From the NCBI RefSeq assembly GCF_900105015.1, contig NZ_FNLK01000005.1, forward strand, positions 360,001 to 392,000: a DNA stretch of 32,000 nucleotides, in the 5' to 3' direction. Shown piece by piece: positions 24,974 through 31,020 of this stretch. The position numbers and the translations under genes were made by a program. The first letter of the stretch is position 1. Every line of letters starts with the position of its first letter. The notes beneath the pieces were generated by a model that ran no database searches, was not told the origin of the DNA, and worked only from the letters and a program-made list of their open reading frames with translations. Origin of the DNA: Schaalia meyeri (GTDB lineage: Bacteria > Actinomycetota > Actinomycetes > Actinomycetales > Actinomycetaceae).

Positions 24974-25936
24974 TCAGCGTAACCAGGTGCGTGCGATCCG
25001 CCGCCCCGCCTCCTCAAGCGTGATCGATCCCTTAGTTTCGAACACGCCGTGAAGCCCCCATTGCGCCCTCTCGAAGTGGGACAAAGAGGAGCGGGGCGTG
25101 ACGCCGACGACGGGGAGGGCGCGCAGGGCGGCCGCGCCCGTCACGGAATCGAGCGTGGACTCCGACAGGAGGGGCGAGGAGAGCTCGGGCTCGGCGACGA
25201 TCACGAGGTTAGCGCCGTCAAGGGCATCTGCGAGGGGCGTCAGCTGAGCGAGCAATTCACCCGTGGGGACGATGCGCCCACCAATCGCCGCGATGACGCC
25301 ACCCACGCCCCCGCCGGCGCCCGAGCCGCGCGCTCGCGCGGGGTGAGTGTCCGGCCCGGCCAGGAGCGGGCGGCGGTGCAGCGGCCTGTGGGCAAAGGCG
25401 CGGGTGAGAAGAGCCGTCAGCGCCCGCTCCTGCCGCCTGATCGGTTGCAGGTCGGGCCCCACCGCCAGCACCGAGTCGAGGCCCAGGAGCGGGCGCGCGG
25501 TCGAGGCAGCGCACACGAGATCGACGCCTGTTTCCCGGACGAGCCCCTCGGCCCGCGTCAGCGCTTCTCCGAGCGACGAACCTTGCACGGTAGAATCGTC
25601 CGCGCCCAGCAGGCCTGCGAGAAAACCGAGGCCACAGTCCGGGTATGGCCCGTGTCCCCCCTCGACTACGACCGTGCCGCCGCCGCGCAGTAGCTGCGCT
25701 ACGCGCTCTCCGAACGCCCGCGACGAGGCTTCTTCCGTCGGCACTCTGACGAAAGAAGCCGACGAACGGCAGGGGGCCACGGCCTCGTCAAAGGCGGGGC
25801 CGCCCCCGAAGGGAAGCGTGAGGACCGAGGCACCCTTTGCGCCAGCAAGAACCCCCCGACGGATCGCGTCCAGCGCCCGGCCGACCGGATGGTCCCCTTC
25901 CCCGTCCCAGTGACCGGCGACGACGACTCGCTTCAC
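24974..25936 (-). CDS. Glycerate kinase family protein, short and divergent (Rv2205c-like)
   Basis: The 482-aa ORF 24974..26422 overlaps the M20 gene out of frame, and its first ~160 aa are Arg/Gly/Pro junk. The real start is GTG 25936 (VKRVVVAGHWDG), forming a GTGA overlap with the M20 stop. The C-terminal part (GSGAGGGVGGVIAAIGGRIVPTGELL...ANLVIVAEPELSSP...LPVVGV) matches the glycerate kinase C-terminal pattern. The usual N-terminal PDSFKGS motif is not evident. Confidence 0.7.
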   Translation of the reverse strand: MKRVVVAGHWDGEGDHPVGRALDAIRRGVLAGAKGASVLTLPFGGGPAFDEAVAPCRSSASFVRVPTEEASSRAFGERVAQLLRGGGTVVVEGGHGPYPDCGLGFLAGLLGADDSTVQGSSLGEALTRAEGLVRETGVDLVCAASTARPLLGLDSVLAVGPDLQPIRRQERALTALLTRAFAHRPLHRRPLLAGPDTHPARARGSGAGGGVGGVIAAIGGRIVPTGELLAQLTPLADALDGANLVIVAEPELSSPLLSESTLDSVTGAAALRALPVVGVTPRSSLSHFERAQWGLHGVFETKGSITLEEAGRRIARTWLR

Positions 25937-27306
25937 AGGCGCGACACGCGCGCCAGGAGCAGTGCCTCGGCGAGGATCGCTGCCTTCAGGTCGGGGATGG
26001 ATTGGGACTCGTCCTCCGAGTGAGCGTTCGTCAGCGGGTCCTCGACCCCCGTGACGACGACCTGCGCGCCCGGAAAGATGCGCTGGAACTCCGAGATGAA
26101 CGGGATCGATCCGCCCACGCCGATGTTGACGGAGGGAACCCCCCAGGCCTCGGTCAGCGCCTCGTGCAGGGCCCTGGTGACCGGCGAGTCCATGTCCGCC
26201 TGGTACCCGGCTCCAGCGTCCTCCCGCGTCACTTCGACCCGAGCGCCGAAGGGGGCGTGAGAGAGCAGGTAGTCCACAAGCCGGTCCTGTGCCTGGCTCG
26301 GATCCACTCCGGGGACGGTGCGCATCGACAGGCGGAAACGCGTGTGCGGGGCGATCGTGTTCGAGGCGTTGGAGACAGGACGCGCGTCGAAACCGATCAC
26401 CGAGATCGAGGGCTTGGTCCACATGCGAGCGGCGATATCGCCGGAACCGGCCAGCTTCATGCCATCCACCATCCCGGCGGCTTCCCGCAGCTCTTCCTCC
26501 GGCCAGTCCACATCCGCGTGATCCGAGCCGCCCAGTCCGGGAACGGCCACGTCGCCCCGCTCATCGAAGAGGGAGGCAATCAGCATCGACGAGATCGCGA
26601 CCGAGTCCAGGAGCGGACCACCGAAAGCGCCCGAGTGGACCGCGTGATCGGCAACCGTCACGTCGACCGTCACAATCGCGTTGCCTCGCAGGGTCGTGGT
26701 GACCGCCGGCTCTCCCGGCTTCCAGTTCGACGAATCCGTCACCACGATGACGTCCGCGGCGAGCTCCTCCTTGTGCGCGTCCAGGAACGCCGTGAAGGAG
26801 GGGGAACCGATCTCTTCTTCGCCCTCAACGTAGACAACGACGTTGACGGGCAGGTCGTCACCCAGAATCGACAGGGATCCCAGGTGCACGACCACTCCCG
26901 CTCCGTCGTCGGAGCTTCCGCGCCCGTAGATGCGGTCCCCACGCACCTGCGCCTTGTACGGATCCATCGTCCACCGGTCCACCTCACCCACCGGCTGCAC
27001 GTCGTGATGCGCGTACAGGAGCACGGTTGGCGCGCCCTCAATCCGGGGGGTTCGCGCGACGACGGCGGGCTTGCCCTCCGTGCCGTCCTCGGCTCTCTCG
27101 CGCAGCACCTTCGCCTCCAGGCCGAGCGCCTCGAAGCGCCCGCGCAGGTGCTGGGCGCTGCGCTCAACGTCGGTTGCATGCGCCGGATCGGAAGACACGG
27201 ACGGGATCGCGACGAGCTGCGTTAGCTCATCCAGCAGAGACGGAAAAGCGGTCTCCAGGCGCTCCCTGAGAACGGACGTCGACAAAGCATGTGAAGTATC
27301 AGCCAT
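25933..27306 (-). CDS. M20 family dipeptidase / metallopeptidase
   Basis: ORF 25933..27324 contains YAHHDVQP, GRGSSDDGAG, EGEEEIGSPSF and NAHSEDES. The start is chosen as ATG 27306 (MADTSHAL), with TACCCT and a 6-nt spacer (GGGCGT) upstream. ATG 27324 is the alternative. Confidence 0.9.
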   Translation of the reverse strand: MADTSHALSTSVLRERLETAFPSLLDELTQLVAIPSVSSDPAHATDVERSAQHLRGRFEALGLEAKVLRERAEDGTEGKPAVVARTPRIEGAPTVLLYAHHDVQPVGEVDRWTMDPYKAQVRGDRIYGRGSSDDGAGVVVHLGSLSILGDDLPVNVVVYVEGEEEIGSPSFTAFLDAHKEELAADVIVVTDSSNWKPGEPAVTTTLRGNAIVTVDVTVADHAVHSGAFGGPLLDSVAISSMLIASLFDERGDVAVPGLGGSDHADVDWPEEELREAAGMVDGMKLAGSGDIAARMWTKPSISVIGFDARPVSNASNTIAPHTRFRLSMRTVPGVDPSQAQDRLVDYLLSHAPFGARVEVTREDAGAGYQADMDSPVTRALHEALTEAWGVPSVNIGVGGSIPFISEFQRIFPGAQVVVTGVEDPLTNAHSEDESQSIPDLKAAILAEALLLARVSRL

Positions 27307-27312
27307 ACGCCC

Positions 27313-27318
27313 AGGGTA
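27313..27318 (-). promoter_or_regulatory. -10 box TACCCT; candidate leaderless promoter of the M20 gene
   Basis: The minus strand reads TACCCT, then GGGCGT, then ATG 27306. No SD is present. Confidence 0.35.
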
Positions 27319-27352
27319 GACCATGCGAGTGCGAGGCGGCTGGGCTTTCCGC

Positions 27353-27358
27353 TAGCCT
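27353..27358 (+). promoter_or_regulatory. -10 box TAGCCT; candidate leaderless promoter of the DUF3043 gene
   Basis: TAGCCT, then GGAAGC, then GTG 27365. No SD is present. Confidence 0.35.
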
Positions 27359-27364
27359 GGAAGC

Positions 27365-27985
27365 GTGTTTGGACGAAGCAAGAACAAAAGCGAGGACGGA
27401 TCGGCACGTACCGAGGCCGTCCCCACGACGCCGACCGGCAAGAAGGGGCGTCCCACGCCAAAACGCAAGGCGGCCGAAGCTGCCCGCATTCACCCGCTGG
27501 TGCCCGCTGACCGCAAAGAGGCCAAGCGCGCCGCGCGGGCCGCACGAAACGCGCGATTCGACGCCGAACAACGCGCGCTGATCACCGGGGAAGAAAAATA
27601 CCTCCCCGCGCGCGACAAGGGACGCGCGCGCCGCTACGTGCGCGACTACGTCGACGCGCGCCGGTCGTTTTCCGAGTGGATCCTGGCGGTCATGATGCTT
27701 GCCATCCTCCTCCTCATGCTGTTGTCAGTCCTGGGTAACCAGGTCCCGCTGCAGTGGCAGGCGTACATGCTCTACGGGTCCTCCGTCCTCATGTACGGTT
27801 CCTTTGTCGTGACGGCGGTCGAGGCGTTCCTGATCTGGCGCAAGATCAAGCGTCTCTTCACGGAGCGCCACCCCCGCGAGGACATCCCGAGCGGCACCGG
27901 CTACTACACCTTCTCGCGCATGATCATGCCGCGCCGCTGGCGCTCCCCGCGGCCCCAGGTCGCTCGCGGCGACTTCCCCAAGTAG
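27365..27985 (+). CDS. DUF3043 family membrane protein (Rv2206-like)
   Basis: ORF 27365..27985 with a GTG start. It has a basic N-terminus containing GKKGRPTPKRKAAEAAR and then two TM helices. Its synteny with the ErpA and glycerate-kinase-like genes matches Rv2204c-Rv2206. Confidence 0.8.
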   Translation: MFGRSKNKSEDGSARTEAVPTTPTGKKGRPTPKRKAAEAARIHPLVPADRKEAKRAARAARNARFDAEQRALITGEEKYLPARDKGRARRYVRDYVDARRSFSEWILAVMMLAILLLMLLSVLGNQVPLQWQAYMLYGSSVLMYGSFVVTAVEAFLIWRKIKRLFTERHPREDIPSGTGYYTFSRMIMPRRWRSPRPQVARGDFPK

Positions 27986-28004
27986 CCGCTTCCGCGCTGG
28001 CATT

Positions 28005-28042
28005 GTCGGCCCCGGCCCCATCCACAGGGGGCCGGGGCCGAC
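28005..28042 (+). terminator. Strong GC hairpin after the DUF3043 gene (intrinsic terminator candidate)
   Basis: A 15-bp perfect stem GTCGGCCCCGGCCCC / GGGGCCGGGGCCGAC with an 8-nt loop. It lies 19 nt after the stop and is followed by TCGTTGCG. Confidence 0.65.
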
Positions 28043-28176
28043 TCGTTGCGTCCACAGGGCACCTGAGCGCCCGAGCGCCGCGCACAGGTCTTGGCCCATA
28101 TCTGTCCTTTCCTGTCCATGCGTTGCATGCTGGTTGCGTCGTGGCACCGGCGCCTCGGCAAACGGAAGGACACACC

Positions 28177-28845
28177 ATGCACGTATCAGTCACGCTCACC
28201 GCCACACCGGACGTCCACGTTGAGGACGACCCCGAGTACGAAGGCGGAGGCGACACGGCTTTGGCCGCGAACACGCCCGGCAGCACAAGCGAATCGGAAG
28301 CGATCGCGGATTCCCCGGGGGCATCGACCGCGTTCGCCGCCGATGAGCCGATTCGAGAGGGGATGTACGGACCCATGCACTGGCTGGACGACCGCCACGT
28401 GACAGCACTCCTCGCCCCCTACGTCTGTGGCGGGTGGGATCTGGGCGACTACGCCCGCTTCGCCGACCTTGGAGGCAGCGACGCCCGTCGCCTGCTCCGC
28501 CTGCTGCCTCCGCCCGCGCGAGGCGACCGCCAGAACAACGCCCCGAGCATCTGCGATCTGCTGCGTGCGGCCGCCAGAACGGATGGGCTCACGCTCGAAG
28601 GCTACATGATTCGAGCTCCCCGATGGGACGAGCGCATAAGCGTCGACACGGTGTGCGTGCCCGAGACACAAATCCTTACCCGCACGGGTCAACAGCTGGA
28701 CGACGAAGCATGCCCGAGCTACCAGCACTGGCTCGGGCTCGTCGACGTGCTCGGCCTGGACCAAGACGCAACGCCTCCAGACGACATGCGCTTCCTGGTG
28801 CGGGACGCATCATCCGCGCGATGGTTGTGGGCATGGTGGGACTGA
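28177..28845 (+). CDS. Hypothetical acidic cytoplasmic protein, no family recognised
   Basis: ORF 27754..28845 is trimmed to ATG 28177 (MHVSVTLTATPD...), with GGAAGGA 6 nt upstream. The longer version overlaps the DUF3043 gene and the terminator. The protein is 222 aa, with a disordered acidic N-terminus of about 55 aa. A globular part follows and ends in RWLWAWWD. Confidence 0.6.
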   Translation: MHVSVTLTATPDVHVEDDPEYEGGGDTALAANTPGSTSESEAIADSPGASTAFAADEPIREGMYGPMHWLDDRHVTALLAPYVCGGWDLGDYARFADLGGSDARRLLRLLPPPARGDRQNNAPSICDLLRAAARTDGLTLEGYMIRAPRWDERISVDTVCVPETQILTRTGQQLDDEACPSYQHWLGLVDVLGLDQDATPPDDMRFLVRDASSARWLWAWWD

Positions 28846-29155
28846 TCCTCTACCCTGGAAACTATGATCCGACGCGCGCATGACTGGGCCTTCACACATC
28901 TCCTATCGCGATCCGCCCCTCAGAAAGCACACCGCCTGGGCCTCATCTCCCTGGCCGGACGCTGTGCCCCCACACGAGGACTCACGCGGCCCACGCTCGG
29001 CCGCCTCGATGCGTTCCGTCACCCCACCCGCTCCGTTGACGGCGCCGAGGTTCCGCTCACGATCGGTGCCGGAGCGGACCGGAGTGAAACATTCTTAGCA
29101 GTCATCTTCTTTCCGGGCGAGGCATCGCGCGCCCTGCAGCACCTCTGAGGTTGAC

Positions 29156-30025
29156 ATGATCATCGAGCTGACGAGTTCGGACCTTCGCGCGGATTCGCGC
29201 CTGGACGACTACACGCGCCTCAAAGACGTCAAGCTGCGCTCCGTAATCGAGCCGGAACGTGGCCTGTACATGGCCGAGTCGACGAACGTAATTGAGCGCG
29301 CGCTTCGCGCGGGCCACACCCCCCGTTCCTTCCTGGTATCCGCCCGCTGGTTGCCTTCGTTGCAGCCCCTTATCGGTGCCGTGACGGGGAGCAGTGACGG
29401 GGGTACCGTTCCCATCTTCGTCGCCCCACAGGACCTCCTGGAGCAGATGACGGGCTTCCACCTGCATCGGGGAGCCCTGGCCGCCATGCAACGCCCCGAG
29501 CTGCCGAGCGTGTCTAGCCTGCTCGCGACCGCCCGCGCGGGCGCCCCCGCACGCCGCGTCGTCGTCTTAGAGAACCTGGTCGACCACACGAACGTGGGCG
29601 CCGCTTTCCGCAGCGCCGCGGCGCTCGGAGTCGACGCGGTCCTGGTGACTCCTTCGTGCGCGGATCCCCTGTACCGTCGTTCCGTCAGAGTGTCGATGGG
29701 GACCGTGTTCCAGGTGCCGTGGACACGGCTGACGTCATGGCCGGGCGACATGGATACCCTTCGCGACGCTGGCTTCACCCTCGCCTCACTCGCACTCAGC
29801 GCGGATTGCGTGTCCCTTGACGAATTCGTGTCGCTTCCCGTTCTGCGGGGCCCCGACACTCGCCTGGCGATGATCATGGGTACCGAAGGAGATGGGCTGG
29901 GCGAACGCACGATCGCGGCCTCCGACTACACCGTCACGATCCCCATGGATCACGGGGTCGACTCCCTGAACGTCGCCGCTGCCTCCGCGGTCGTCTTCTG
30001 GGCGACGCGAGGCATCGGCGCCTGA
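29156..30025 (+). CDS. TrmH/SpoU family RNA 2'-O-methyltransferase
   Basis: ORF 29156..30025 has SpoU motifs ENLVDHTNVGAAFRSAAALG, IMGTEGDGL and IPMDHGVDSLNVAAASAVVFW. A GAGG SD lies 5 nt upstream of the ATG. Confidence 0.9.
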   Translation: MIIELTSSDLRADSRLDDYTRLKDVKLRSVIEPERGLYMAESTNVIERALRAGHTPRSFLVSARWLPSLQPLIGAVTGSSDGGTVPIFVAPQDLLEQMTGFHLHRGALAAMQRPELPSVSSLLATARAGAPARRVVVLENLVDHTNVGAAFRSAAALGVDAVLVTPSCADPLYRRSVRVSMGTVFQVPWTRLTSWPGDMDTLRDAGFTLASLALSADCVSLDEFVSLPVLRGPDTRLAMIMGTEGDGLGERTIAASDYTVTIPMDHGVDSLNVAAASAVVFWATRGIGA

Positions 30026-30028
30026 AGT

Positions 30029-30056
30029 GGCACGTTCCCCGCACGGGGCGCGTGCC
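30029..30056 (+). terminator. Hairpin in the convergent gap between the TrmH and HAD genes (possibly a bidirectional terminator)
   Basis: GGCACG-TT-CCCC-GCAC-GGGG-CG-CGTGCC starts 4 nt after the TrmH stop. No U tract follows. Confidence 0.45.
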
Positions 30057-30101
30057 GGAGCTGGCATCCTTGCCCCGGCCTCGTTCCTTCTTCGTAGCTC
30101 C

Positions 30102-30848
30102 TCAGCTCATCGAATCTACGATCTGATCGATCACCTCAACGCACTCTTGCCAGCCTGACACGGCGCGCGTCGCGTAGCCGGCGGCCTTGACGGGATAATC
30201 GTTTCCCGCCGGATCCAGGCGGTCCCCGATGAACAGCATCTGGGAGGCGCCAATGCCCGTTTCCTCGACCAGCTTCCCCATTCCAAAGGCCTTGTCGATG
30301 CCGCGCGTCGTGATGTCGACCGAGGTCGATCCGCCGCCGCGCACGTCAAGCTCGGGCACGTCGGGGGCCACGGCATCGCGAAGCGCCGCCTTCTTCGACC
30401 CATCCGGATCCCACGCCCTCTTGGCGTCGAGCGGGGCCTCCTGGCCCAGCGCCGAGAACGTGATCTGCGAACCGCGGTCCTCGATGATATGTCCCCACGG
30501 GCGTTCCTCCCACAGGCCGAGCTCGCGGGCGTGGCGTTCGAGCGAGGCGACCGCGCGTGCCGCAACCTCGGGCTCCAGGTCATAAGCGTAGCGCTGCACC
30601 CAGGTGCCGCCCTCGAAACGGTAGTAGCGCGTACCGCACGTCGGCATCAGGTGAAGGCGCGAAAGTTGCTGGTGAGAGGCGTGAAGGTTGTCCAGCACCT
30701 GGGCTTGGAACTGCCCCATCTGTCCGCCGGAAATAATGCACACATCCACGTGATCCAGCAGCGAGCGCAGCGCGACGTCCATGGGGGCGGGCAACGGCGA
30801 CTTCGATGGAGCCAGCGTGTCGTCAAGATCAAAGGCAACGAGCTTCAC
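30102..30848 (-). CDS. HAD-IIB family hydrolase (sugar-phosphatase/phosphomannomutase-like)
   Basis: ORF 30102..30884 has HAD motif I VAFDLDDTL, motif II ISGG, and motifs III/IV in GIDKAFG...LFIGDRLDPAGNDYP. The start is trimmed to GTG 30848 because the longer ORF would overlap the upstream micro-ORF. Confidence 0.85.
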   Translation of the reverse strand: MKLVAFDLDDTLAPSKSPLPAPMDVALRSLLDHVDVCIISGGQMGQFQAQVLDNLHASHQQLSRLHLMPTCGTRYYRFEGGTWVQRYAYDLEPEVAARAVASLERHARELGLWEERPWGHIIEDRGSQITFSALGQEAPLDAKRAWDPDGSKKAALRDAVAPDVPELDVRGGGSTSVDITTRGIDKAFGMGKLVEETGIGASQMLFIGDRLDPAGNDYPVKAAGYATRAVSGWQECVEVIDQIVDSMS

Positions 30849-30858
30849 GGATGACACC

Positions 30859-31020
30859 CTACCGGCTCGCCGCCTGCCCGTCATCGACAGTGCTGCGCGC
30901 GGCCTTATTTTCCTCTTCCGTTGGGACGGGCAGAACCTGCAGCATCACGACGGATGCTACCAGGCCGCCCCACACGAGCAGAATCGTCAGGACCATCAGG
31001 GCGATAGCGGGGGCACTCAC
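30859..31020 (-). CDS. Small single-helix membrane protein, MetS-like NSS transporter small subunit (53 aa)
   Basis: Absent from the ORF track because it is under 60 aa. Manual translation gives VSAPAIALMVLTILLVWGGLVASVVMLQVLPVPTEEENKAARSTVDDGQAASR followed by a stop. GTG 31020 overlaps the transporter TGA (GTGA), and AAGGAG lies about 10 nt upstream. Confidence 0.7.
   Translation of the reverse strand: MSAPAIALMVLTILLVWGGLVASVVMLQVLPVPTEEENKAARSTVDDGQAASR

Noticed and set aside
25937-26422. N-terminal 160 aa of the 482-aa minus-strand ORF 24974..26422
   Set aside because: It overlaps the M20 gene in another frame and its composition is Arg/Gly/Pro junk. A GTG at 25936 forms a GTGA junction with the M20 stop, and homology begins there.
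25837-27225. 462-aa plus-strand ORF
   Set aside because: It is antisense to the M20 dipeptidase gene. The product is Arg/Asp/Gly/His-rich and looks like no known fold. The M20 motifs on the minus strand are decisive.
27754-28176. N-terminal 141 aa of ORF 27754..28845
   Set aside because: It overlaps the DUF3043 coding frame and runs through its terminator hairpin. A good SD and ATG at 28177 start the plausible protein.
29016-29042. Hairpin with a C-rich loop, reminiscent of actinobacterial 6C RNA
   Set aside because: 6C RNA needs two adjacent hairpins with C-rich loops. I find only one convincing C-rich loop, and the candidate first stem (TGTG/CACA around 28962-28975) is only 4 bp. It is kept only as part of the spacer finding, not called as 6C.
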